From an uncultured Chloroflexia bacterium (lineage in GTDB: Bacteria; Chloroflexota; Anaerolineae; CG2-30-64-16): 64,000 bases of DNA. A program made the position numbers and the translations under genes. The notes under the pieces were generated by a model. That model saw only the letters and a list, made by a program, of their open reading frames with translations, did not search any database and was not told the DNA's origin. Within the stretch, counting starts at the first letter, position 1. Each line of letters starts with the position of its first letter. Shown here piece by piece: positions 42,230 to 52,666 of this stretch. The stretch lies in NCBI GenBank assembly GCA_963774265.1, contig CAVZDU010000007.1, positions 352,001 to 416,000 of the forward strand. Direction: 5' to 3'.

Positions 42230-43272
42230 GTGGCAGAGACCTGCAAAGCTCAAGAAGACGACCATCGTAGACATCGCCGAGGCTGCTGGGGTATCCGTGT
42301 CCACGGTTTCCCGCATCCTCAACAACAGGCCGGATGTCGCCGAGGAAACCCGCCAGCGCGTCCTGCAGGTGATCGAGGAACAACGGTTCGCACCGCAGGT
42401 CGCCTGGCAGCAACTGCGTTCAGGGAAAAGTCGCGTGGTTGCCTTGCATTTTCCGCAGGACTTCAACCCGCCATCGCAAGACATCATCACCGGTGCGGCG
42501 CTGCACTGCGCAGGCGTGAATTATTCCCTTAATCTCATGGCCCAGACACTCACCGAACCCGATCTGTTGGCGGTCTATCGCCAGCGGCCAGGCGGATGGC
42601 ATGATCCTGATGGAGATCCTGACGCGCGACTGGCGGGTTGAACTGCTGCGCAAACACGGGCTCCCCTTTGTGATGATCGGCCGCTGCGAGGATAACACGG
42701 GCCTGAGCTACGTAGACGTCGACATCGCCCGCGGCGTGGCCGACGCCGTCCGGCATCTGTTTGAGCTGGGACACCGGCGGATCGGCTTCGTCACCATTGC
42801 GCCGATCCTGCAGCGGCGAGAATACGGGTACGCAACCTGGGCCCTGAAAGCCTACCAAGAGACCTGCCAGCAATTCGGACTGCCGGGCCTGTGGCAGGCA
42901 GTTGATCTCAAGTCGAACCACGTCCACGACGTCGTTCTTGAGTTTCTTGGGGAAAATCCTGAGATCACGGCGATCGTGACGCCCCAGGATGCGGGCGTGC
43001 CGGGCATTTTGCGGGCCGTGCGGTCGCGCGGTCTGCGCATCCCGCAAGATATCTCGGTGGTCGGGTTGCTGAGCGATTCTCTGGCCGAGTTCATTACGCC
43101 CCCCTTGACCTCGATCAATTTCCCCTCGCGCGAGATGGGGCAGGAAGCGGCCAACATCTTGATTGCTCAGTTGGAAAACCGCCTGCACACGGTCCAGCAG
43201 GCCTTACTCCCGGCCGCCCTGCGCGTGCGCGGCAGCACGGGGCCGGCGCGAGCTGTATCTTCGGCTCAATAG
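42230..43272 (+). CDS. LacI family transcriptional regulator (frameshifted)
   Basis: TIVDIAEAAGVSVSTVSRILN, LGHRRIG, IPQDISVVG, PPLTSI, VRGST. Confidence 0.92.
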
Positions 43273-43293
43273 CCTGTTCGTATTGCGAGGAGT

Positions 43294-43498
43294 ATGTGTC
43301 AAGGACATCAACGACGTCCTGGCCTTAGGCCCCTTTGCACCTTCATGGGAATCGTTGCGGAGCTTCACCATCCCTGGCTGTTATCAGGATGCCAAAGGGC
43401 GCGCTGGTTTAACGCAAGGAGCCAAAGCGTTGGTCGTCACGATGCCGGATCGCCCGCCCTGCGAGCACGCCTTTGCCCTGCGCATCACACCGGCCTGA
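43294..43498 (+). pseudogene. GH29 alpha-L-fucosidase remnant with a large internal deletion
   Basis: N-terminal GPFAPSWESL..IPGCYQDAK is joined directly to C-terminal ALVVTMPDRPPCEHAFALRI. Confidence 0.7.
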
Positions 43499-43880
43499 GG
43501 TCGCATTGGACCGGGTGTCAATGTGGGTCGATGCGGGTAGTTTCCGGTCACATCAAAGGCCCGCTTGTCTCGTTTCAAAAACCCTCGAACGTGCGCCGCT
43601 GCGAACCACTGGCGATCATTTGGGCGTGAGCTTGGGCGGCGCGGGCACGGCAGTCGACGCAGTTCACCAAGATGAAGCCAGTACCGATCGCGGTGGGAAG
43701 AGTAGCAACAACCAAGGCGACAACCGGCGTGAACCGCCCAGGGATAACAGGATTGCCGCATTGGAGGCAACCTTTTTCATGTCCTGAGGATGGTGAAGCA
43801 TGCAAACCAGCCGACCGAGTTGGCGTGTTTGTATTGAGGCAACGCCGGGCGGGCGAATACGACCCCTCAACAATAAAAAG

Positions 43881-43953
43881 TGCCCCCAAGGGGATTCGAA
43901 CCCCTGCACCAGGCTTGAAAGGCCTGTGTCCTGGTCCTCTAGACGATGGGGGC
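43881..43953 (-). tRNA. tRNA-Glu (TTC)
   Basis: Cloverleaf GCCCCCATCGTCTAGAGGACCAGGACACAGGCCTTTCAAGCCTGGTGCAGGGGTTCGAATCCCCTTGGGGGCA; CCA not encoded. Confidence 0.95.
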
Positions 43954-44080
43954 GTCCTGACACATCAATTGTACCAGAGGGCGCGCGTAGGCGCAAAAAG
44001 CGAGTCCCCTTCGCCACGCTCATTTCCGCCACCGTCCCGAAGAATGCTATAATTGCGCTGAGACCCATCAGAGGAGCGCC

Positions 44081-45106
44081 TTGATGAACGATACTGACCT
44101 CGACCGGCTGGGGTGGCAAAAGTTGGTCGCCCCATTTGCCAGGCCCGATCTGCCAACTGGCATCTGGCAAATAGTCAATACGCTCGGACCTTTCATCGTC
44201 CTTTGGCCGCTGATGGTCTGGAGCCTTAACATCTCCTACTGGCTGACGATCGCCCTTGGCCTGGTCACCGGCGCCTTCTGGATTCGCACCTTTATCATCT
44301 TCCACGATTGCTGCCACGGCTCGTATTTTGGGTCCCGCCGGGCCAACGAGATCACCGGGATTATCCTCGGCGTCTTGACGTTCACCCCCTTCTACCAGTG
44401 GCGCCACGATCATGCGATCCACCACGCCACCGCCAGCAACATCGACAAGCGCTACACAGGCGACGTTCCTACGATGACCGTCCAGGAGTACCTGGCCAGC
44501 CCCTGGTGGAAGAAGGCCGGCTATCGCATCATGCGCAACCCGTTCTTCCTGTTCACCCTCGGCGCCCCGGCCATGTTCACCTTGATTCAGCGATTCCCGA
44601 CCAAAGGGGCAGCACGCCGTGAATTCCTCAGCGTCATCTATACCGACATCGCCCTCGCCGCCTTGCTGATCCCCGCGGGACTGCTGATTGGGTGGAAGTC
44701 GCTGCTACTGATCATGCTGCCCGTCGTGGTTCCAGCCACCGCCACGGGCGTCTGGATGTTCTACGTTCAACACCAATTCGAGGGCGTGTACTGGGAGACC
44801 AAGGAGCGCTGGAGCTTTGTCCGTGCGGGGCTGCAAGGGAGCTCGTTCTATCGCCTGCCCAAGGTGCTGCAGTGGTTCACGGGCAACATCGGCTTCCACC
44901 ACATCCATCACCTCGGTCCGAAGATCCCGTCCTACCGCCTGGAGGCATGCCACAACGCAAATCCGCCGCTGCAGGTCAAGCCGCTGACGATCGCCAACAG
45001 TTTGAAAGGTGTGCGCCTGCACCTGATCGATGATACGACGCGGCAGTTGGTGGGGTGGGATGCGCTCAAGGGGGCCAAAGGCCGGGTTGGGATGGGCGCA
45101 GGCTGA
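44081..45106 (+). CDS. Fatty acid desaturase (Bacillus Des-like)
   Basis: His boxes HDCCH, HAIHH and HHIHH; YVQHQFE. Confidence 0.93.
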   Translation: MMNDTDLDRLGWQKLVAPFARPDLPTGIWQIVNTLGPFIVLWPLMVWSLNISYWLTIALGLVTGAFWIRTFIIFHDCCHGSYFGSRRANEITGIILGVLTFTPFYQWRHDHAIHHATASNIDKRYTGDVPTMTVQEYLASPWWKKAGYRIMRNPFFLFTLGAPAMFTLIQRFPTKGAARREFLSVIYTDIALAALLIPAGLLIGWKSLLLIMLPVVVPATATGVWMFYVQHQFEGVYWETKERWSFVRAGLQGSSFYRLPKVLQWFTGNIGFHHIHHLGPKIPSYRLEACHNANPPLQVKPLTIANSLKGVRLHLIDDTTRQLVGWDALKGAKGRVGMGAG

Positions 45107-45330
45107 GGTTTGCGCGAGATGCACCCATCAGCGCGGGGGCAGGCCAAGCCTATCACATTCGACCCGCCATCGTTGCCGTCATAACTCCCGTATCCCACGA
45201 ACACCTCCCCACCCGGTATCCTGAAGACATGATAAGGTCGGGCCCCTCGTCGGTGAAATAGGCGGTGCGGCGAAGTTTCGGGATGCGCAAGTCGGTGCGC
45301 GGGTTGTGACGCTCACCCCCCTGTGTTAGA

Positions 45331-46584
45331 ATGACCGCCGATACACCACCCAGGGTGCAGAAAGGCCGGGGCGTGAGCAAGGTTATCATCGCATGCGCGC
45401 AGCAGCAGATGCGGCTATTCGATTCGTCGGACAGCTTCCGCCGCGAAATCAGCCGCTTCCTGAACATGGCGCGAGCCAAGGGCGCGCAGTTGGTGGTCTT
45501 TCCGCCGCTCACGGGGGTCATGGCGGCCAGCCCGCGTGTCCAGGGATTCAGCATCAACCTGCTGAAGCAGGCGGCGGAGCGGCAGCGCGGTCGGGGGTCA
45601 TTCTGGTCGCGCACGCGCGGCGCTGTGGCTGAGGGCACCGCGTCACTGTTGGGCGCGAACTTTCGCAAGGCTTTTGCGCAATTGCTTGACAGCGAGCCCG
45701 CGGGGCTGGTCGCAGACTATGAAGATACGTTTGCGGAGATGGCGCACACCTATGAGACGACCATCGTCGCCGGCAGCGCCTATCTTCCCGATGCGAACGG
45801 CGTGATCCGGCATCGCGCAAGCGTGTTCGGCGCGGACGGCAGTTTGCTCGGCCGGCACGACAAAATGATTCTCTCGCCTGAAGACCGCTCCATCGCCGAG
45901 CCCGGTGATGCCTGGCACGTGATCGGCACACCTGTCGGTCCGTTGGGACTTCTGTTCGGCGAAGAGGCGCTGTACCCGGAAACCGGGCGCATCCTGGCTT
46001 ATCAGGGGGCGGAGCTGTTGATCACGCTCGGTGCGGTCGGCGATGAGTCACTGGCCGCCCATGTCCGGTACGCCGCGATTGCCCGCGCGCAAGACAACCG
46101 TAGCTTCGGCCTGGCCAGCTTTCTCGTAGGGCGCAACTACATGGCGGCCGAGGAGGGCTCAGCAGCCACGTTCATGGGAAAGTCCGGGATCTATGCGCCG
46201 CTGGAGATGACCCCCCGCTATTCCGGCGTGCTGGTGGAGATGGGCACCGCGAACACCGAGGGGCTCCTGACGGCAGAACTGGATCGGGAAAAATCTCAGT
46301 GGTTGTGGATGCACGGCAGCAGTCCGGTGCGCCGCGACATACCGATGGCATTATTTGGCCGCTATCTCCCGGCACTGTATGGCAGCGGCAGGTCACTGAC
46401 CGATGTGTGGCCGGACGGAACGGTTGAGGGGGATGAGGAAGAGGCGCTGCCAGAACACACCCTGGATGCGATGGAGGGTGCACCGGCTGAGGCAGACGAG
46501 GCGGAGATGGCGGCCCGCGAGCCGGAGATACTCGACGAGGCGGACCAAAGCAGCGAGCTGAGAGGCGAGGGCGAAGGGATCTGA
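45331..46584 (+). CDS. Carbon-nitrogen hydrolase (nitrilase) fold protein lacking the catalytic Glu and Cys
   Basis: GAQLVVFPP, HDK, GLLFGEEALYPE, GKSGIYAP; acidic C-terminal tail. Confidence 0.82.
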   Translation: MTADTPPRVQKGRGVSKVIIACAQQQMRLFDSSDSFRREISRFLNMARAKGAQLVVFPPLTGVMAASPRVQGFSINLLKQAAERQRGRGSFWSRTRGAVAEGTASLLGANFRKAFAQLLDSEPAGLVADYEDTFAEMAHTYETTIVAGSAYLPDANGVIRHRASVFGADGSLLGRHDKMILSPEDRSIAEPGDAWHVIGTPVGPLGLLFGEEALYPETGRILAYQGAELLITLGAVGDESLAAHVRYAAIARAQDNRSFGLASFLVGRNYMAAEEGSAATFMGKSGIYAPLEMTPRYSGVLVEMGTANTEGLLTAELDREKSQWLWMHGSSPVRRDIPMALFGRYLPALYGSGRSLTDVWPDGTVEGDEEEALPEHTLDAMEGAPAEADEAEMAAREPEILDEADQSSELRGEGEGI

Positions 46585-46615
46585 GTCCCTTCACCCACTG
46601 CGACCTCAGCCGCGG

Positions 46616-46849
46616 TCATTTAGGCCTGAAGATCTCGTCAAACTGGCGAACAAGGCCAAGCAAGGCGACGCCAATCTTGACGTAGTCACTGGCGCCTGCC
46701 TGAATCGTCGCTGGTGCACGGAAACCGAGCGTGGTCGCTGGCAGATTCGATTCCTGTTGGCGGATGTAGGTCCAGCCTGCGAGTGCGCCGAGGATGGCTC
46801 CAATCAGGCCGCCGAGCAAGATGGCTGTGTTTCGAGAATTCACAATCAC
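46616..46849 (-). CDS. Small membrane protein
   Basis: ILLGGLIGAILGALAGWTY glycine-zipper TM; overlaps the upstream stop. Confidence 0.65.
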   Translation of the reverse strand: MIVNSRNTAILLGGLIGAILGALAGWTYIRQQESNLPATTLGFRAPATIQAGASDYVKIGVALLGLVRQFDEIFRPK

Positions 46850-47142
46850 ACCTCTTGTCGCTTGATAAGGGAGGTTGTTCCCCGCCACAGGGCGTTCACT
46901 TGAGCGTTCGCGGCGCTGGCAGCAATGAACGGCGAAGCAGCTTTATCGCTTGCCTGGCGCGTCGCCCGATTCACCGTGTGGAACACCCCCTGCACTTTAG
47001 GCGAGACCTCCCGCAGCTTCTTTTCCAGCGCACGCAGTCCCTTGATGGAAAAGAAGATGATCGCCCCAGGGATCAAAGTCATGATGAACGCCTCGAGGCA
47101 CAGCAGGACGACCGATAGATCACGCCAAAAGGCCAGGTCCAT
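46846..47142 (-). CDS. Hypothetical membrane protein
   Basis: GGAGG RBS, N-terminal TM, helical C-terminus. Confidence 0.65.
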   Translation of the reverse strand: MDLAFWRDLSVVLLCLEAFIMTLIPGAIIFFSIKGLRALEKKLREVSPKVQGVFHTVNRATRQASDKAASPFIAASAANAQVNALWRGTTSLIKRQEV

Positions 47143-47279
47143 GGAATCCTCCCAGTTTGTAAATCAACGTACAACATTGTAGCAGAGGTGCACAAGCCGG
47201 GCAAGCACCAATCTGATGTGAGAGGTGGGCAATCAGCGCAAAAACCAGAACGACATCCGGGCTCAGATGGCGCAACGTC

Positions 47280-48368
47280 GTGCCGGTGGCTGCCGCGGCC
47301 TTGTTGGTCTTGCTGCTGGCCGGTCGCGCCGGACGGCCCTGGGTGGAGTTTGGTCCTCAGCAGCATGTGACCACCACGAATCCGAAGATGGGAGTCCACA
47401 CGCGGCTCACCGACGAGGTGGAGCCGTGGAAGATTCAGCGCACGTTTGAGATGGTTCGCGAGATGGGCGCGACCTGGGTGGTCGAGTATTTCCTGTGGGC
47501 CGCGCACGAACCGCAGCGTGGGGTCTACGACTGGTCGCACGCGGACCTGGTCGTGGACCACGCAGTCAACCAGGGGCTCACCGTCATCGCACGCCTGGGC
47601 TATGTGCCCGAATGGGCGCGGCCGAAGAATGCCACGCATCTGTACCTGGACGATGAAGGGTATGATGCGTTCGCCAGGTTTGCAGCGGCGTTCGCTCGCC
47701 ATTTCGAGGGGCGGGTGCGATACATCATTGTCTGGAACGAGCCAAACCTGAGCCAGGAGTGGGGTTACCGGCAGCCTGACCCGGGGGAGTACACGGAACT
47801 TCTCAAGCGAGCATATGCCGCGGTCAAGGCCGCGGCGCCCGAGATCCAGGTGTTGGGCGGCGCGCTGGCGCCCACGCTCGCACCGCCCGGCAGCGAGTGG
47901 GCCATGGACGATCTGGTCTACCTGCAAGACATGTACGACGCCGGGGCAAAAGACGCATTCGACATCCTGGCCGCGCACGCGTACGGCTGGACGTTTGCGA
48001 CGGATGCCGCGCCGGGCATCGACAGCGTCAACTGGCGCCGCGTCGAGCTTCTCCGCGAAATCATGGTGCGGAACGGCGACGCAGACAAGCATGTGATGAT
48101 CACCGAGGGCGGGTGGAACGACCATCCGCGCTGGACCAAGGCGGTGCGTCCCAGCCAGCGAGTGGCGAACAGCGTTGCAGCGTATAAGATGGCCCTGGAG
48201 GACTGGCCCTGGGTGGACGCCGCCTGCCTGTGGGCGTTCCGGTATCCCCGACCGGCGCGCACGTACCAGGATTACTACACGTTTGTCGACGGTGATTTTC
48301 GGCCCAAACCGATCTATAGTGCTCTGCAGCGGTACGCGGCCGGGCTGGACTGGCGGGAGGAGCCGTGA
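47280..48368 (+). CDS. Clan GH-A glycoside hydrolase (GH5/GH39-like), secreted or anchored
   Basis: VWNEPN acid/base, AHAYG, MITEGGW nucleophile. Confidence 0.85.
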   Translation: MPVAAAALLVLLLAGRAGRPWVEFGPQQHVTTTNPKMGVHTRLTDEVEPWKIQRTFEMVREMGATWVVEYFLWAAHEPQRGVYDWSHADLVVDHAVNQGLTVIARLGYVPEWARPKNATHLYLDDEGYDAFARFAAAFARHFEGRVRYIIVWNEPNLSQEWGYRQPDPGEYTELLKRAYAAVKAAAPEIQVLGGALAPTLAPPGSEWAMDDLVYLQDMYDAGAKDAFDILAAHAYGWTFATDAAPGIDSVNWRRVELLREIMVRNGDADKHVMITEGGWNDHPRWTKAVRPSQRVANSVAAYKMALEDWPWVDAACLWAFRYPRPARTYQDYYTFVDGDFRPKPIYSALQRYAAGLDWREEP

Positions 48369-49267
48369 GGCAGGCTGGCCGAGGGAAGGGATCGGTGCCA
48401 GGCAGCCAGCGGGATGGTTGGTCGACCGGTCGGCTCACCCGGACTGTGTTGCGCGGACGCCTTTTGGGCGGGCTCAAGAGCCGCCGATGGCTCCCGCTGG
48501 TTGGTGTGGCGATCCTCCTGGCAGCCGCGCTGATCCTGCTCAGCATCCTGGGGCGAGAGGGAACTCTCAAGGAGATTCAGGATCGGGGAGTTTGGCGGGT
48601 TGGCATGGATCCGAGCTTCCCACCCTTTGAGAATTTCGACGCGGTGACGGGTGGGGCAGTGGGCCTCGACGTCGATCTGGCGAACGCCATCTCGGGCGAG
48701 TGGGGCATCAAGACCGAAATCGTCAGCCTGGGATTCGATGAGCTGCTCGACGCAGTGGCCGCGCACCAGGTGGACGCGGCGATCTCGGCCTTGCCCATTC
48801 AGCCGGAGCGAACCGAGGAAGTGCGATTCTCGGATCCCTACGTGCAGGCCGGCGTTGTGCTTGCGGTGAAGAAGGGGAGCGAGCTCCTCGGGCCGGTTGA
48901 TCTCGCTGGGCGTCGCGTTGCAGTCGAATGGGGCAGTCAGGGTGAGGCCGCAGCGCGGCGCCTTCGAGAGGACACGGAGCTGGCGTTCGAGTTGCTTCCG
49001 CGCGAAACCGTTACGCTGGCGCTGGATGCGCTCGTGACAGGCGAAGCAGATGCCGCGATCGTCGACGCGATCAGCCTCGCGATCTACGATCAGGCCGCGC
49101 AATTGGTTGCGATCGGCGAGCCGCTGGTGTCCGACCCGTACGTGGTTGTCGTCCCAGCGGATGCGCCCGATCTTCTGCAGGCAGTCAACGACGCTTTGCG
49201 TGCGCTTGAATCCGATGGTACGCTTGACACTATCCGGGCGCGCTGGCTTCGCCCCGCGCAATCTTGA
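48365..49267 (+). CDS. Amino-acid ABC substrate-binding protein (SBP family 3)
   Basis: [34 protein letters not shown]. Confidence 0.9.
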   Translation: MRQAGRGKGSVPGSQRDGWSTGRLTRTVLRGRLLGGLKSRRWLPLVGVAILLAAALILLSILGREGTLKEIQDRGVWRVGMDPSFPPFENFDAVTGGAVGLDVDLANAISGEWGIKTEIVSLGFDELLDAVAAHQVDAAISALPIQPERTEEVRFSDPYVQAGVVLAVKKGSELLGPVDLAGRRVAVEWGSQGEAAARRLREDTELAFELLPRETVTLALDALVTGEADAAIVDAISLAIYDQAAQLVAIGEPLVSDPYVVVVPADAPDLLQAVNDALRALESDGTLDTIRARWLRPAQS

Positions 49268-49286
49268 GGCTTCGATTTTCACTCAG

Positions 49287-50108
49287 ATGATCCACTTCGA
49301 CATTTTCACCCTCTTTCCCGGGATGTTCTCCGGGTTCCTGGCCGACAGCATCCTCAAGCGCGCACAGGACGCTGGCATCCTATCCGTAGGGCTGCACAAC
49401 ATCCGCGACTATGCTGAGGGCCGTCACCGTGTCACCGACGACACACCCTATGGCGGGGGAGGCGGTATGGTGATGAAGCCCGAGCCCATCTTCCGGGCCG
49501 TTGAGACGGTGCTGACAAGAGAACCGGGCTGGGTATTTTCGCCGTCACCTGAAGCGCCTGAGCCGCCCACGGCGCAGGGACCGGTCGATCTGCCTCCTGA
49601 TGTGCCGATCATCCTGCTCTCGCCCCAGGGTCGCACGTTCACCCAGGCCGTCGCCGAGGAGTTGGCACAGCATCGCCGCATCGCACTGATCTGCGGCCGT
49701 TACGAGGGTGTCGACGAACGCGTGCGCGAGGGATTGGTGACCGACGAGATCAGCATTGGGGATTTTGTGATCTCAGGTGGTGAGCTGGGCGCGGCGATAC
49801 TCCTGGATGCGGTCACGAGATTGCAGCCCGGTGCGTTGGGCTGCGACATGGGCGCTTTCGAGGACTCGTTTGCGACGGGTGTATTGGAGTATCCGCATTT
49901 CACGCGACCAGCGCAGTTCAGGGGAGAAGGCATCCCCGACATCCTGACCTCCGGCGATCACGCGAAGGTGGCCCGCTGGCGGCGCGAGCAGGCATTGCTG
50001 CGCACCTGGCTGCGCAGGCCTGATCTGCTCAACTCCGCGCCGCTGTCCGATCTGGATCGGGCATTTCTGGAAAAACTGCGCGCGGAGGCGGAGGAGAACG
50101 AGGGATGA
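49287..50108 (+). CDS. trmD: tRNA (guanine-N1)-methyltransferase
   Basis: [48 protein letters not shown]. Confidence 0.97.
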   Translation: MIHFDIFTLFPGMFSGFLADSILKRAQDAGILSVGLHNIRDYAEGRHRVTDDTPYGGGGGMVMKPEPIFRAVETVLTREPGWVFSPSPEAPEPPTAQGPVDLPPDVPIILLSPQGRTFTQAVAEELAQHRRIALICGRYEGVDERVREGLVTDEISIGDFVISGGELGAAILLDAVTRLQPGALGCDMGAFEDSFATGVLEYPHFTRPAQFRGEGIPDILTSGDHAKVARWRREQALLRTWLRRPDLLNSAPLSDLDRAFLEKLRAEAEENEG

Positions 50109-50233
50109 ATTTGGCCAAGAAGTCCCGTCTGTGATAGAATCTCCTTTCGTGACCAATGAGGCGCCGCGGTTTCAGGCTCTGAGTCAGCCGAGCGGGTGGC
50201 CCAACGATGAACTCAAACGAAGGGTAGTAAATC

Positions 50234-50584
50234 ATGGCTAATCTTATTGATTCTCTTGCTGCTCAGGCCGTTCGACAGGACATGCCGGCGATCGCTGCCG
50301 GTGATACCGTTAAAGTGCACACCCTGATCGTCGAAGGCGATAAGGAACGCGTGCAGATCTTCCAGGGCCTGGTGATTCGTGTGCGCGGCGGCGGCGCTGA
50401 CAGGAACTTCACCGTGCGCCGGATCGCATCGCACGGCGTCGGGGTCGAGCGAACGTTCCTCTTCATGTCGCCTCGTGTCGACAAAATCGAGGTGCTTCGC
50501 CACGCAAAGGTTCGCCGCGCGCGCCTATACTTCCTTCGTGGCCGCACCGGCAAGGCGGCCCGCCTGAAGGAACGCGCCACGTAA
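50234..50584 (+). CDS. rplS: 50S ribosomal protein L19
   Basis: GDTVKV, EGDKERVQIFQG, FTVRRI, GVGVERTF, VRRARLYFLR. Confidence 0.98.
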   Translation: MANLIDSLAAQAVRQDMPAIAAGDTVKVHTLIVEGDKERVQIFQGLVIRVRGGGADRNFTVRRIASHGVGVERTFLFMSPRVDKIEVLRHAKVRRARLYFLRGRTGKAARLKERAT

Positions 50585-50611
50585 TTCTGGCAGGGCGAAG
50601 TTGAGCAGATA

Positions 50612-50647
50612 GAAGGCGTGGGGTGCGATAAGCCCTGCGCCTTTTTT
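50612..50647 (+). terminator. Rho-independent terminator after rplS
   Basis: AAGGCGTGGGG...CCCTGCGCCTT followed by a T run. Confidence 0.7.
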
Positions 50648-50667
50648 CATTAAGGAGAGGGAACAGG

Positions 50668-51319
50668 GTGCACGAGCAGCCAGGGCTGGCATTTGAGCTG
50701 GCGTTGTGGAGCGCGGGCAGACAGGCTGTCGCCGGCGTCGACGAAGTCGGCCGCGGCGCGCTGGCCGGTCCGGTCGTTGCCGCAGCAGTCATCCTGCCGC
50801 CAAGTCCTGATGCGCTGGCGCCGTTGTTGGGGCGCGTCGACGACTCGAAGCGACTGACGTCGCACCGAGCGCGACAAGCTTTACGACGAGGTGATGGCGC
50901 GGGCGCTGGCCGTGGGCTTAGGTCGTTGCGAGGCGGCCGATATCGATCGTCTGGGCATCGTGCCGTCAACCAGGCGCGCAATGACCCTCGCGCTGGCGGC
51001 TCTGAAGGTTCCGCCCGACTATGTTCTCCTGGATTTCCTGACGCTTCCCGATGTCACATACCCCCAGCGCGGAATAGCGCATGGTGATGCGCTCTCCCTC
51101 TCCATTGCCGCTGCATCCATCATCGCCAAGGTGACGCGTGACCGTTGGATGTGCGGGCAAGCGCGTGTTTACCCGGGTTATGGGTTCGATCAACACAAGG
51201 GATACGGCACGGCGTTCCACCGCGAGTCGCTGGAACGGCTGGGACCGTGCGATCAGCACAGGATGAGTTTCGCACCGCTGGCAGCGGGTCAGTTGAGGCT
51301 GATCGCAGATGGCGGATAA
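50668..51319 (+). CDS. rnhB: Ribonuclease HII (frameshift near 50865)
   Basis: [49 protein letters not shown]. Confidence 0.95.
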
Positions 51320-51719
51320 GATGCAACTGAAAGCTGCGGCTGACCCTCGGAAGCCGTTGGGACGATTGGGCGAGGCCCTGGCCGCCGAGCATCTGGAGCG
51401 GCTCGGCTGGTGGATCGTGGCGCGCAATTGGCGGACCCGGCGCGGGGAAATCGATATCGTCGCGCGCGATGGCGATTGGTTGGTATTCGTCGAGGTGAGA
51501 ACGCGCCGCGCCAGCCGGTCTGGCGGAGATCCCTTCCTGGGTCGCCCGGAGGATTCGGTCACCCCGAAGAAACAGCTCAGACTGGCGCATACGGCCGAGG
51601 CGTATTTGTTCACCCTGCCCTGGTCGGGTCCGTGGCGGGTGGATGTGCTGGCGCTGGAGCTTGGGGCCGATGACGCGGTCGTTCGGATGGCGCATTTTCG
51701 GGACGCAGTAGGGGGCTAG
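51309..51719 (+). CDS. yraN: YraN/UPF0102 family protein
   Basis: GRLGEALA, RNWR..GEIDIVA, VFVEVRTR. Confidence 0.93.
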   Translation: MADKMQLKAAADPRKPLGRLGEALAAEHLERLGWWIVARNWRTRRGEIDIVARDGDWLVFVEVRTRRASRSGGDPFLGRPEDSVTPKKQLRLAHTAEAYLFTLPWSGPWRVDVLALELGADDAVVRMAHFRDAVGG

Positions 51720-51720
51720 G

Positions 51721-52638
51721 GTGGACCTGCTCGTGATCGTTGGACCGACCGCTGCCGGCAAAACCGCGCTTGGCATCGAACTGGCCGAAGCGCTTGGCGG
51801 CGAAATCGTTTCCGCTGATTCGCGGCAGATTTACCGCGGGATGGATATCGGCACCGCGAAAGCGACCGCCGGGGAACGTGCGCGGGTCCCGCACCACCTG
51901 CTGGACATCGTGAATCCCGATCAGGTGTTGACGTTGGCGGAGTACCAAGCCCTGGCCTACCGGACGATCGAGGAGATCGCCGCGCGTGATCGTCTGCCGA
52001 TGCTGGTGGGTGGAACGGGACAGTACGTGTCTGCCGTGCTCGAAGGTTGGCGCATTCCAGGAGTGGCCCCGCAGGAAATGCTGCGCCGCGAGCTGGAGGC
52101 AGTGGTGGCTGAGGCTGGCCCACTGGCATTGCACGAGCAATTGGCCTGCCTCGACGCCACCGCCGCAGCCCGCATCGACTATCGCAATGTGCGCCGCGTG
52201 ATCCGAGCGCTTGAGGTGTGCCTGACAACAGGTCAGCCGATCAGCGAACTGCAGCGAAAAGAGCCCCCGCCCTATCGAGTGGTTCAGGTCGGGGTGACCC
52301 GGCCTCGGCCCGTTCTATACGAGCGGATCGATCGCCGCGTGGACGCGATGGTGGAGGCGGGGCTGGTCGACGAAGTGGGGGCACTGGTTCAAGCCGGGTA
52401 CGCGTGGGATTTGCCCGCGATGACCGGGCTGGGCTACCGGCAGGTCGGCCAGCACCTACGGGGCGAGGTAACCCTGGACGAAGCGATCGCTCTTGTAAAG
52501 AAGGGCACGCGGCGCTTCGTCCAGCAGCAACACAATTGGTTCCGGCCCGGCGACCCTGCGATTCACTGGATCGACCCCCAGGACACCTCGGCCGATCAGG
52601 TGCGCCAGTGGGTTGAGACCCGCCTGGCCCAGCAATAG
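51721..52638 (+). CDS. miaA: tRNA dimethylallyltransferase
   Basis: GPTAAGKT, SADSRQIYRGMDIGTAK, VGGTGQY, RVIRALEV. Confidence 0.97.
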   Translation: MDLLVIVGPTAAGKTALGIELAEALGGEIVSADSRQIYRGMDIGTAKATAGERARVPHHLLDIVNPDQVLTLAEYQALAYRTIEEIAARDRLPMLVGGTGQYVSAVLEGWRIPGVAPQEMLRRELEAVVAEAGPLALHEQLACLDATAAARIDYRNVRRVIRALEVCLTTGQPISELQRKEPPPYRVVQVGVTRPRPVLYERIDRRVDAMVEAGLVDEVGALVQAGYAWDLPAMTGLGYRQVGQHLRGEVTLDEAIALVKKGTRRFVQQQHNWFRPGDPAIHWIDPQDTSADQVRQWVETRLAQQ

Positions 52639-52666
52639 GATTTTCCACTGATGCAGTGGCGTGAGC

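Larger units (their letters stand above)
34151..43912. mobile_element. Genomic island integrated at tRNA-Glu (sugar-utilisation cargo, no integrase visible)
   Basis: Direct repeat GTGCCCCCAAaGGGATaCGAActtatCCCCTGCACCAG (34151-34188) vs GTGCCCCCAAGGGGATTCGAACCCCTGCACCAG (43880-43912, tRNA 3' half). Confidence 0.75.

Noticed and set aside
50860-50895. Programmed ribosomal frameshift in rnhB
   Set aside because: There is no slippery heptamer, and similar indels occur throughout the window, so a sequencing error is more likely.
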